The notes beneath the pieces are model-generated. The model saw nothing but the letters and a program-made list of their open reading frames with translations. It did no database searches and was not told where the DNA came from. Made by a program: the position numbers and the translations under genes. A DNA stretch of 64,000 nt from a virus. The stretch lies in the IMG/VR virus record IMGVR_UViG_3300035682_000004; one strand, 5' to 3'. Shown in pieces: positions 54,176-63,137 of the stretch. Positions within the stretch are counted from its first letter, which is position 1. Each line of letters starts with the position of its first letter.

Positions 54176-54372
54176 GAAGATTAATTGATTGGATTAAAAG
54201 AAAACAAGACATTATATTGTTTTACCTTGCAGGATTATCTGTTTGGGTTTTATTAACTGTATTTATAGAATCTTATAAACAAGATCTTAAATATAAAGAA
54301 ATGCAATACAAACGTGATAGTATAGATTACGAATTAAAGAAACAAGATTACGAATTTTTTAAACAACAATAA
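54172..54372 (+). CDS. Small membrane protein
   Basis: One hydrophobic helix; ATGA overlap with the previous gene. Confidence 0.6.
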   Translation: MRRLIDWIKRKQDIILFYLAGLSVWVLLTVFIESYKQDLKYKEMQYKRDSIDYELKKQDYEFFKQQ

Positions 54373-54373
54373 A

Positions 54374-55228
54374 ATGAAAAAACAAGCAGTATTATCATTA
54401 AGTGGAGGAATGGATAGTTCTAGCTTACTGCTTCATCTACTTGCCAATGGCTATGAAGTAACAGCATTATCCTTTGACTATGGTCAAAAACACAATGTGG
54501 AATTAGAACGAGCTAAGGAATTAGTTGATTATTTAAATAGTAAAGCAGATGAAGTTAAATACAAATCTGAAACATCAGAAGTTATTTTACATCATTTTCT
54601 TAGAGTTAAACATCAAGTAATTACTTTAGATGGTTTAGCTCAATTATTAAATTCATCATTAGTATCAGGTGGTTCTGAAGTACCTGAAGGTCATTATGCT
54701 GAAGAAAATATGAAAGCAACTGTAGTACCTAATCGTAACAAAATATTCAGTTCAATTATTCAAGCAGTTGCATTATCAATTGCTGAACAAAAGAATACTG
54801 AGTGTGTAATTGCTATGGGTATACACGCAGGTGACCATCAGATCTATCCAGATTGTAGACAAGAGTTTCGTGATATTGATTATGAAGCATTTAAAGCTGG
54901 TAATTGGGGTGCTGAGAAGGTAACATATTATACTCCGTACTTAACCGGTGATAAATACACTATATTAGAGGATGGCGCAGCGTGTTGCAATACATTAGGC
55001 CTTGACTTTAACGCAGTATATAGCCGGACTAATACGTCTTATAAGCCGTATCCGTCAGGCAATTCAGATTATAAATCAGCATCATCAGTTGAACGTGTTG
55101 AGGCATTTATTAAATTAGGTCGTCCTGATCCTGTTCAATATGAAGATGAAACTGGATTAGTTAATTGGGAAACAGTAGTTCAATATGTACAAAATATCTT
55201 AACCAGCCATGAAGCAACCAGATCCTAA
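54374..55228 (+). CDS. queC: 7-cyano-7-deazaguanine synthase (variant lacking the Zn-binding Cys residues)
   Basis: SLSGGMDS, FDYGQKH, TVVPNRN and GDHQIYPDCR motifs. Confidence 0.92.
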   Translation: MKKQAVLSLSGGMDSSSLLLHLLANGYEVTALSFDYGQKHNVELERAKELVDYLNSKADEVKYKSETSEVILHHFLRVKHQVITLDGLAQLLNSSLVSGGSEVPEGHYAEENMKATVVPNRNKIFSSIIQAVALSIAEQKNTECVIAMGIHAGDHQIYPDCRQEFRDIDYEAFKAGNWGAEKVTYYTPYLTGDKYTILEDGAACCNTLGLDFNAVYSRTNTSYKPYPSGNSDYKSASSVERVEAFIKLGRPDPVQYEDETGLVNWETVVQYVQNILTSHEATRS

Positions 55229-55364
55229 ATTACATCAATATATTAGTTTTCTTAAATCAGGAATTAGAATATTAGGTTATATTACTTTACCTTTTAACTT
55301 GGCTCTAGCAGCTGTTATACTTATATTAAGTGAGTTAATTGGTATTGTAGAGGAATTAGTATGA
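55209..55364 (+). CDS. Small membrane protein (51 aa), not in the ORF track
   Basis: MKQPDPKLHQYISFLKSGIRILGYYTLPFNLALAAVILILSELIGIVEELV; fills the gap after queC and has an ATGA overlap with the next gene. Confidence 0.7.
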   Translation: MKQPDPKLHQYISFLKSGIRILGYITLPFNLALAAVILILSELIGIVEELV

Positions 55365-55558
55365 AAAAACAAAAAGAAGAGAAACAACCATTTTATATAG
55401 TTTTGAATAAGAATGGAGAGGTGTTTGTAGGCTTATTAGGTGGTCAATCAGTTTGGTCAGCTAATTGGGATGAAGCAAAACCACTCCTATATTCAAGTAC
55501 AAAATATTTAAAACAACAAAATAAAGAAATAGAATTAATAGACGAAAAACAATTTTAA
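55361..55558 (+). CDS. Hypothetical protein
   Basis: Coupled ORF within the operon. Confidence 0.6.
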   Translation: MKKQKEEKQPFYIVLNKNGEVFVGLLGGQSVWSANWDEAKPLLYSSTKYLKQQNKEIELIDEKQF

Positions 55559-55559
55559 T

Positions 55560-55805
55560 ATGAAAGGATTTATATACTTCAGTGCTGAATGGTGTCAACC
55601 ATGTAAAATATTAGGCCCAATTATGGAACAAGTTGCTAAACAAGTTCCAGTAAATAAAGTAAATGTAGACTATGATGTCACATTAACTAAACAATATAAT
55701 ATAACAAGTGTTCCTACTGTTGTTTTAGTAGATGGAGTTGAAAAAGCTAGATTTATAGGAGTAAAACCAATAAATGATATAGTAAATTTCTATAATAATA
55801 ATTAA
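55560..55805 (+). CDS. Thioredoxin
   Basis: FSAEWCQPCK and SVPT motifs. Confidence 0.9.
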   Translation: MKGFIYFSAEWCQPCKILGPIMEQVAKQVPVNKVNVDYDVTLTKQYNITSVPTVVLVDGVEKARFIGVKPINDIVNFYNNN

Positions 55806-55806
55806 T

Positions 55807-56286
55807 ATGGCTAGATATATTTCAACGAAAGTATTTGACAATTATTCAGTTGCAATAAGACAATGGAAAGCACAGCATTCACATTGTCAATTATTACATG
55901 GTTATGGAATTTACTTTAAAGTATGGTTTGCATCTAACCAACCAGATTTAGACAAACAATTAGATGAAATGAATTGGATTGTTGATTTTGGAGGATTTAA
56001 ATCAAAACCAGTAGGAAATGGATTAAAAGATTGGATGGACCATATGTGGGACCATACATTACTAGTTGAAAAAGATGATCCATTTGCTGATGTATTTGAA
56101 CAATTAGGACAAATGGGATTAGCTAAAGTTCATTTAATGGATAAAATGGGTTGCGAATCATTAGCTAAATTAGTTTCAGATAAATTTAATGAAGTATTAT
56201 CTAATACAGATGGCGCTAGATGTAAAGTAATTAAAGTAGAGTGTTTTGAACACGGTAAGAATTCATCAATTTTTGAAGCAGAATAA
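55807..56286 (+). CDS. queD: 6-carboxytetrahydropterin synthase
   Basis: HCQLLHGY, WIVDFG, WDHT and ESLA motifs. Confidence 0.88.
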   Translation: MARYISTKVFDNYSVAIRQWKAQHSHCQLLHGYGIYFKVWFASNQPDLDKQLDEMNWIVDFGGFKSKPVGNGLKDWMDHMWDHTLLVEKDDPFADVFEQLGQMGLAKVHLMDKMGCESLAKLVSDKFNEVLSNTDGARCKVIKVECFEHGKNSSIFEAE

Positions 56287-56291
56287 TAGTT

Positions 56292-57062
56292 ATGGATAGA
56301 ATATTAGATTATAATAAAAAAATACAAGTGATAGAAATTTATCCTTGTGTTCAAAGTGAAGGTAGTAGACAAGGAAGACCTACAGTTGCTGTTAGAACAA
56401 CAGGCTGTACTCACAGATGTTGGTTTGGTGAAGGTGGATGGTGTGATTCTTGGTATACAAGTATTCACCCTGAAAAAGGTAAATTTACATTTAACGACAT
56501 CGTTAAAATATATGATGAAAATCCTCATATTAAAGAAATGATGTTAACAGGTGGTGCACCTACAATGCATCCAGCATTAGTAAACGAATTAACACATTTT
56601 GCAAATGAAAGAGGTATTCTTATCACTATGGAAACTGAAGGTAGTCACTTTATTGAGACTGATTTTCCTATCGGTCTCTTATCTATTAGCCCTAAGTTTA
56701 GCAATAGCGTTCCTAGGGTTGGGATTCTTACTCCACTTGGTAAAGAAGTGGATCAAAAGTTTGTGGACCAACATAACAAATACCGTCTTAACATTCCTGA
56801 AATTAAACAGATGATTGAATTTCATTCTGATTATCATTTAAAACCAGTATGGGATGGTACAGAAGAAAACTTAGCTGAAATTGAAGCATTTAGAGTTGAG
56901 TTAGGTATTCCTAAAAATAAAACATGGATTATGCCAGCTGGTGATACAGCAGAAGAATTAACTAGAATGTATCCAATTTCAATTGAAATGTGTACTAAAG
57001 AAGGTTATAATTGGACTGGTAGAGATCATATCATCGCTTACGGACAAAAGAGAGGTGTATAA
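56292..57062 (+). CDS. queE: 7-carboxy-7-deazaguanine synthase (radical SAM)
   Basis: QSEG...GRP..VRTTGCTHRC-x7-CDS, LTGG, ETEG and SISPK motifs. Confidence 0.9.
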   Translation: MDRILDYNKKIQVIEIYPCVQSEGSRQGRPTVAVRTTGCTHRCWFGEGGWCDSWYTSIHPEKGKFTFNDIVKIYDENPHIKEMMLTGGAPTMHPALVNELTHFANERGILITMETEGSHFIETDFPIGLLSISPKFSNSVPRVGILTPLGKEVDQKFVDQHNKYRLNIPEIKQMIEFHSDYHLKPVWDGTEENLAEIEAFRVELGIPKNKTWIMPAGDTAEELTRMYPISIEMCTKEGYNWTGRDHIIAYGQKRGV

Positions 57063-57247
57063 TGTGTTACGTTATTATTAAAAATATTAAAACAGCAAAA
57101 GCTACTATACCTGTGATCATCTTAGATGGTCACGGGGAAGTTTTAGAATTTGAAACTAAAGACAAAGCTGAAGACTTTAAAGCACTATTAGAAATCAATT
57201 CAGATTCAGGACATGAGTTTACATTACGTAAAATTCATACTCGATAA
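57062..57247 (+). CDS. Hypothetical protein
   Basis: Coupled small ORF. Confidence 0.6.
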   Translation: MCYVIIKNIKTAKATIPVIILDGHGEVLEFETKDKAEDFKALLEINSDSGHEFTLRKIHTR

Positions 57248-57258
57248 TATTTATCACC

Positions 57259-57540
57259 ATGAACAAAAAATTACTTAAAGAATCAATCCAACGTAAGGAA
57301 AAATCTATATTTTTCTTTTATACAGAATGGTGTGATCATTGCACTAAAATTAAATCTACAATAAACGAAATTGCTAAGGCAAGACCAGACCATAAATTAG
57401 TAGAAATTGATAATGATGAAGAAGAAACAGAATTTATCTCAGAATTATTTGATGTTCAGTTCTTACCTGCGGTAGTAGTTTTAAGTGAGACAGGTTACAA
57501 AAAATATGAAGGTTCTATAAAAATTAAAAAATTGTTATGA
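57259..57540 (+). CDS. Thioredoxin-like protein
   Basis: FYTEWCDHC and FLP motifs; preceded by ATATTTAT at 57247. Confidence 0.82.
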   Translation: MNKKLLKESIQRKEKSIFFFYTEWCDHCTKIKSTINEIAKARPDHKLVEIDNDEEETEFISELFDVQFLPAVVVLSETGYKKYEGSIKIKKLL

Positions 57541-58040
57541 TTGAACTATTTGGACAACAACAAATAGAAATAAGAACAAGAATACTAGCAAAAAACATTT
57601 CAGACGAACATAGAGGAGACAAAACACCAGTTGTTATGGTCTGTGTTCTAAATGGTGGTTTTATGTTTTATACTGAATTAGTAAAAGCATTAACAACAGA
57701 TATTGAATGTGATTTTGTTAGAGTAAAAAGTTATGTTTCTAAAAATAATCAAGGTGATATTAAAATTACTAAAGATTTAGAAATACCAATTAAAGGAAAA
57801 CATGTATACTTAGTAGATGATATTTTTGACTCAGGTAATACAATGAAGGCTTTAATTGAGTTCATTAAAATTAAAAATCCAAAATCAATTAATGTTGTAA
57901 CTTTAGCTAAAAGAAAAAAAACTGAACCATTAGAAAATATGGTTTGGGGATTTGAAGTAGATGAAGAGTGGTTATGCGGAATGGGAATGGATAATGAAAA
58001 TGGTCATCTTAGAAACCATCCAGTTTTATATGCCTTATAG
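57537..58040 (+). CDS. hpt: Hypoxanthine/guanine phosphoribosyltransferase
   Basis: VCVLNGGFMF, KSY, PRPP-binding LVDDIFDSGNT and GMGMD motifs. Confidence 0.88.
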   Translation: MIELFGQQQIEIRTRILAKNISDEHRGDKTPVVMVCVLNGGFMFYTELVKALTTDIECDFVRVKSYVSKNNQGDIKITKDLEIPIKGKHVYLVDDIFDSGNTMKALIEFIKIKNPKSINVVTLAKRKKTEPLENMVWGFEVDEEWLCGMGMDNENGHLRNHPVLYAL

Positions 58041-58078
58041 TTTGGCATTATTAAAATAAATTATTATAATACAGTTAT

Positions 58079-58813
58079 ATGAAAGATAAAGTTATAAACA
58101 ATAGACGTAAAACAGCTGACATTGAGAAATTAGAGACAGCACAAGCAGGTTTTGCAAATGGTATTTCATTGCAATTAAAAGACCTAATTAATAAAGGACA
58201 ACATCGTTCTTTAAATGACAAAGAAAAGAAAAAAATTATTACTAATGCTGAAAAAGCATATGGTAAATTTTTAACTGCGTTAGGTGTAGATTGGGAAAAT
58301 GATCCGAACAGTATGGAAACACCACGTCGTGTATCTAAAGCCTATGTAAATGATTTATGGAGAGGTAGGTATGAAATACCAACTGAAATCACAGCATTCC
58401 CAAGTGATGGATATAATGGTATTGTTTTAGAAAGAGATATTCCAGTAACAAGTATGTGTTCTCATCATCACCAAGCTATCTTAGGTAATGTTCATATCGC
58501 TTATATTCCAGGACCAGAAGGTAAAGTAATTGGTTTAAGTAAATTAAATCGTATTGTAGAACATTTTGGTAGAAGAGGTGCAATTCAAGAACAATTAACA
58601 GTAGCAATTCATAATGCAATTAATGAAATTTGTGAAGGCAATATTGGAGTAATGGTTATTATACATGCAGGTCACCAATGTGTTTCTTGTAGAGGAGTTA
58701 AACATCAAGGCGCCAGTATGGTCACAAGTGAAGTATCAGGTGCATTTGCAGATCATACTAAAACAGCAAAACAAGAAGTATTATCAATGATAAAATTAAA
58801 ATTATGTTGCTAA
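58079..58813 (+). CDS. folE: GTP cyclohydrolase I
   Basis: ETPRRV, SMCSHH, GLSKLNR, QEQLT and HQCVSCRGV motifs. Confidence 0.93.
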   Translation: MKDKVINNRRKTADIEKLETAQAGFANGISLQLKDLINKGQHRSLNDKEKKKIITNAEKAYGKFLTALGVDWENDPNSMETPRRVSKAYVNDLWRGRYEIPTEITAFPSDGYNGIVLERDIPVTSMCSHHHQAILGNVHIAYIPGPEGKVIGLSKLNRIVEHFGRRGAIQEQLTVAIHNAINEICEGNIGVMVIIHAGHQCVSCRGVKHQGASMVTSEVSGAFADHTKTAKQEVLSMIKLKLCC

Positions 58814-59301
58814 CAGGACATCAAGTATTCCAGTATATGGAAATGAATGGTACAGACTACCATAAAGTAAATCAAGTAGGTATTGATTTATCAGTTAAAA
58901 AAATCGAAAAAATTATTGGTGGAGTATTAGTTTTCCAAGAAAAAACAGTAGTTGATCCTTCATTATTTATTGAAATACCTTTAACAAGTATTGAAGGTAG
59001 ACAAATGTGGAGACTAGAAAGAGGAGCTTATGCTTTAACCTTTAATGAAGGTGTTTCAATTCCTTCTCATGCTACAGGATTTATCACATCACGTTCTTCT
59101 ATTTATAGAGGAGGTGCTCATATTAATTCACCTATGTGGGATCCAGGATTTATGACTAGAGAAATGGGAACTACATTAATGTTAGAAGCTGAAACTATAT
59201 TCATTGAGGAAAATGCTCGTGTATGCCAGTTTTATATGCTTACAAATCCTATTCCTCAAGACCTATATGATGGTCAGTTTCAAGGTAAAACAAATTACTA
59301 A
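58804..59301 (+). CDS. Trimeric dUTPase / dCTP deaminase-family protein
   Basis: GIDL, SRSSIYRGG, WDPGF, ARVCQ and YDGQFQG motifs. Confidence 0.8.
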   Translation: MLLTGHQVFQYMEMNGTDYHKVNQVGIDLSVKKIEKIIGGVLVFQEKTVVDPSLFIEIPLTSIEGRQMWRLERGAYALTFNEGVSIPSHATGFITSRSSIYRGGAHINSPMWDPGFMTREMGTTLMLEAETIFIEENARVCQFYMLTNPIPQDLYDGQFQGKTNY

Positions 59302-59324
59302 CTCTATCATATCTTTTATCTTTT

Positions 59325-59350
59325 AAGGCTTGGTTTTCCAAGCCTTTTTT
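59325..59350 (+). terminator. Intrinsic terminator overlapping the polB promoter
   Basis: AAGGCTTGG-TTTT-CCAAGCCTT followed by T residues; TTG(59330)-N20-TATATTA(59353). Confidence 0.75.
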
Positions 59351-59364
59351 CTTATATTAGCAAT

Positions 59365-62028
59365 ATGTATCAAAGCTGTTATTACGATTTTAACGAGAAA
59401 AAATATTATTTAAGAGATGACAAACATGGTTGGTCTGATTTTAAGTACTATCCTACTTACTATGTAAATGATATAAATGGAGACCAATACACATTAGAAG
59501 GTGATTGTGTGTTGGCTACTAAGAAAATGGATGATTGGAAAAATCCTAAGTATTATGAAAAAGATGTTGATAAAATAACTCGTTTATTAGTTGACACTTA
59601 TTATGAGACTGATGATACACCTTCATTCCAAAATATAGTTTACCTAGATATTGAGTGTGAGATATTAGGAGCATTAACCGCTGAAAGTATAAAACAAGCA
59701 TTAGCTAAAATTACTTCAGTTTCAGTATATGACGCTACTACTAAAAAATATTATTGTTTAATTTTAGATGAACAAAATAATCTAAACACTATTAACAATC
59801 CAGGTAAAGAAGTAGTTCCATTTACAACTGAATTAGAGTTATTACAAGCATTTTTAGCATTATGGGAACAACTTGATCCAACTATTGTTACAGGTTGGAA
59901 TAGTGGTTTCTTTGATATACCTTATTTGTATCATAGAATATCTAAAGTAGCAGGTGAAAGTGAAGGTAAACGTTTATCTCCAATAGGTAAAATTAAAACT
60001 GTAGAATATGATACAGAACAACCAATAGTAATAGGAGGAGTGAATCACTTAGACTATATGTTGTTGTTTAAAAAGTTTATCATGAAACAAGAACCATCAT
60101 ATCGATTAAATGATATTGGTTTAAGATATGCTGACTTAGGTAAAGTTGAATATCAAGGTTCATTAGATAACCTATTTAAAGAAGATCCAGAAAAATTTAT
60201 TGAGTATAATATTCGAGATGTTGAAATCATTGTTGAGTTAGAAAACAGAATGAAGTTTATAGACTTAACAGTTACAATTGCTCATTTATGTCATACTGAA
60301 TATGAACAAATTTATTATTCAACTATGTTGAATGAGGGTGCTATTTTAACTTACCTAAAACGAAAAGGAGTAGTTTCACCTAATAAACCTACAACTTATA
60401 ATCCATACTTAAAAGAGATTAATCCTAGAAAAGCAGAAGCACTTTATCGTAGTGGTCAAATGACTAAAGATGAGTATGATGAAATTTTAGTGTTAGCTGG
60501 TTATGCAGGTGGTTATCTAAAAGATCCAGTACCTGGATTATATGATTGGGTGATTGACTTAGACTTTACTTCGCTATATCCTTCTATAATTCGTTCTTTA
60601 AACATGGGAATAGAAACGTTAGTAGGTCGTGTTGTAAATAATGGTAAGTTTGATAACCAGTGGTCTCTGCGGGAACTAAAACAAATGGATCCTGAAAGAA
60701 AAATTAAGATTGAAAAAGTAAAAAAAGATAGAACAGTATCTACTTCTGTTACAACAGTAGGAAATCTAGTAAATCTAATTGAACATAATGACTTAATTAT
60801 ATCTGCACCTGGAGTTATATTTAAAAAAGATGTATCAAGTGTTGTTTGTGAAATTTTAACTGACTGGTTTGTAAAAAGACAGGAGTATAAAAAACTAATG
60901 AAGGACGCTTATAAAGTTAAAAATGACCCTGTATTAGGAGAATTTTATAATAGTAGACAACATGCTTATAAAATTAAGTTAAATGACGTTTATGGAGTGT
61001 TTGCTCAAAACGGATGGAGATATACTGATGGAAATAAGTTTATTAGTAAAGCAATTACTTTAACAGGTCAAAGATTGACTCAAGAATCAATTAAGTTTGT
61101 TAATGAATGGATGAATGAACAATTAGGTTCAGATGATAAAGATTATATTGTAACATCAGATACTGACTCACTATTTATTCAAGTTAAAGATTTAGCATTA
61201 AAAAGAAATCCAAATCTAATAAACGCTTCTAAAGAGGAATGGGTTAAATATATTTTAGAGATTGCAACTGAAATTCAAAAGGAAGCTAATAATCACCTAC
61301 ACACATTAGTAAAAGATTTATTCAATGTTAAATACCCAGATGAACCTCATTACTTTGAGTTAAAACAAGAGGTAGTACTTGAAAGAGGTTATTTTGCAGG
61401 TAAAAGAAGATATGCAATGCATATTGTAAATAAAGAAGGTGTACCAACAGATGAACTAGTAATGATGGGTTTAGATCTAATGAAATCTAATTTTCCACCT
61501 TTATTTAGAAACTTTGGAGAACATATTTTAAAAGAAATTATGTATGGTAAATCTAAATCTTCAATTGATGAACAATTATTAGTGTTTAGAGAGTCATTAA
61601 GAACTATTGACTGGCATCAGATACTAAAACCTACAGGATTAAAACAAATGTCTAGTTATATAGCGGCTAGACCAGGAGCCGGTGAAATATTTTCTAGATT
61701 AGCTTTAAAATGTCCTATTAACACTAAATCAGCTGTTTATTATAATGATATTTTAAGATTTAAAAAACTAGACAAACAATTCCCAACATTCCAAATAGGT
61801 GATAAAATGTATATTGCTTACCTAAAAGAAAATCCATATAAAATAGATGTTATGGGATTTAATGGTTATAATGATCCTCCTGAAATAATGGAGTTTATTG
61901 AAAAATATATTGACCGTGACCGAATATTTGAATCGGTTATGAGAAACAAATTAGAGGGAGTGTATGAAGATTTAGGATGGGGAGCTCCGATATTTAACCG
62001 TAATGTCCACAAATTTTTTAAATTTTAA
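59365..62028 (+). CDS. Family B DNA polymerase
   Basis: Exonuclease motifs DIE, GWNSGFFD and YNIRD; polymerase motifs DFTSLYPS, KIKLNDVYG, SDTDS and KRRY. Confidence 0.95.
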   Translation: MYQSCYYDFNEKKYYLRDDKHGWSDFKYYPTYYVNDINGDQYTLEGDCVLATKKMDDWKNPKYYEKDVDKITRLLVDTYYETDDTPSFQNIVYLDIECEILGALTAESIKQALAKITSVSVYDATTKKYYCLILDEQNNLNTINNPGKEVVPFTTELELLQAFLALWEQLDPTIVTGWNSGFFDIPYLYHRISKVAGESEGKRLSPIGKIKTVEYDTEQPIVIGGVNHLDYMLLFKKFIMKQEPSYRLNDIGLRYADLGKVEYQGSLDNLFKEDPEKFIEYNIRDVEIIVELENRMKFIDLTVTIAHLCHTEYEQIYYSTMLNEGAILTYLKRKGVVSPNKPTTYNPYLKEINPRKAEALYRSGQMTKDEYDEILVLAGYAGGYLKDPVPGLYDWVIDLDFTSLYPSIIRSLNMGIETLVGRVVNNGKFDNQWSLRELKQMDPERKIKIEKVKKDRTVSTSVTTVGNLVNLIEHNDLIISAPGVIFKKDVSSVVCEILTDWFVKRQEYKKLMKDAYKVKNDPVLGEFYNSRQHAYKIKLNDVYGVFAQNGWRYTDGNKFISKAITLTGQRLTQESIKFVNEWMNEQLGSDDKDYIVTSDTDSLFIQVKDLALKRNPNLINASKEEWVKYILEIATEIQKEANNHLHTLVKDLFNVKYPDEPHYFELKQEVVLERGYFAGKRRYAMHIVNKEGVPTDELVMMGLDLMKSNFPPLFRNFGEHILKEIMYGKSKSSIDEQLLVFRESLRTIDWHQILKPTGLKQMSSYIAARPGAGEIFSRLALKCPINTKSAVYYNDILRFKKLDKQFPTFQIGDKMYIAYLKENPYKIDVMGFNGYNDPPEIMEFIEKYIDRDRIFESVMRNKLEGVYEDLGWGAPIFNRNVHKFFKF

Positions 62029-62030
62029 GT

Positions 62031-62060
62031 TTGGCTTGTAGTCATATCTTCATTATATTA
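62031..62060 (+). promoter_or_regulatory. Bacteroidota-type promoter
   Basis: TTG(62031)-N20-TATATTA(62054). Confidence 0.6.
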
Positions 62061-62067
62061 TATCCAT

Positions 62068-62808
62068 ATGATAAATAAAACAGATCTAAAATCAGTTATA
62101 TCAAAATACCATATCGGTAGTTTAGTTGAGCAGGTTAAGTGGGAAATTAAAAACAATAATTTAGTAGTTAAATTTATGTCACCTAGTAAAGAAATGTTAG
62201 GTGAAGTAAAATGTTCTAAATTTCCATTAGATGATTGTAGTTTTGGAATTAGTAATACAACTCAATTAGTAAAATTAATTGACATTACTAAAGATGTTAT
62301 TCAATTAAGCACTGTTAAAGTAGGTAAAATTTGTTCTAAATTATTACTAGCTGATAATCAATTTCAACTTAATTATGCCTTAGCTGATATTTTAACTATA
62401 CCTAAAACAGGTGAAACTAATTTTGAAGAGTCATATAATATCATTACAACATTAGATTCTGAAGCAATTGGTTCAATTATTAAAGCACAAGGTGCTTTAA
62501 CAAATAGTGAGACAGTAGTTATTCAACCATCATTATCTATAGATGGTGAACCTGAATTAGAATTAACATTTGGTGGAGATGTTGAATATGCAAATAAAGT
62601 ATCATTTTACTTACCTAATCTAACTCAACAAAATGTTCCATCACAATACAAATTACATTACAATTCAGAATTAATTAAAGAGATATTATATTGTAATAAA
62701 GATATGATATCAGGAACACTAAGTATTAATTTAGAGGGTTTAATTAAATTAGAATTCCAAAACGGAATTATAAGTAGTACTTATTACTTAGTACAAAAGG
62801 AAATTTAA
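62068..62808 (+). CDS. Sliding clamp (gp45/PCNA-like)
   Basis: 246 aa, follows polB; two-domain beta-rich pattern ending GLIKLEF...STYYLV. Confidence 0.7.
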   Translation: MINKTDLKSVISKYHIGSLVEQVKWEIKNNNLVVKFMSPSKEMLGEVKCSKFPLDDCSFGISNTTQLVKLIDITKDVIQLSTVKVGKICSKLLLADNQFQLNYALADILTIPKTGETNFEESYNIITTLDSEAIGSIIKAQGALTNSETVVIQPSLSIDGEPELELTFGGDVEYANKVSFYLPNLTQQNVPSQYKLHYNSELIKEILYCNKDMISGTLSINLEGLIKLEFQNGIISSTYYLVQKEI

Positions 62809-62831
62809 GCATATTTATATAAAACAAGGTT

Positions 62832-63137
62832 ATGAAAGAAAAAGAGTTATCAAACAGCATTACAATCCGTGATCCATTTTTAGAACCATTCTATATCCAA
62901 AAGGATACATACTGCTACACAGTATTAGAGGATGCTACACCAGATCAACGTTACACTAAAAGTGTAGAAAAAATCCAAAAAACAATAGGATATTATGGTT
63001 CATTCGGATCTTGTTTAAGACGTATTGCTAGTTTAAAAACAAGTAATAAAGCCGAATATAACTCAATTTCTGAATATATTGAGGAATGGAGAATAGTAGA
63101 AAATAAAATAAACCAATTAATTAAAATAGACTTATGA
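62832..63137 (+). CDS. Hypothetical protein
   Basis: DPFLEPFYIQKD.YCYTV and GYY motifs. Confidence 0.65.
   Translation: MKEKELSNSITIRDPFLEPFYIQKDTYCYTVLEDATPDQRYTKSVEKIQKTIGYYGSFGSCLRRIASLKTSNKAEYNSISEYIEEWRIVENKINQLIKIDL

Noticed and set aside
28675-56814. Short minus-strand and nested ORFs (e.g. 28675, 29278, 30844, 41126, 41805, 42084, 44628, 48824, 49643, 53239, 56304, 56347, 56599)
   Set aside because: They overlap well-supported + strand genes and have no motifs.
47050-62028. Inteins or introns in the RNR or PolB genes
   Set aside because: Both ORFs are continuous and of ordinary length, with no splice motifs or homing endonuclease insertions visible.
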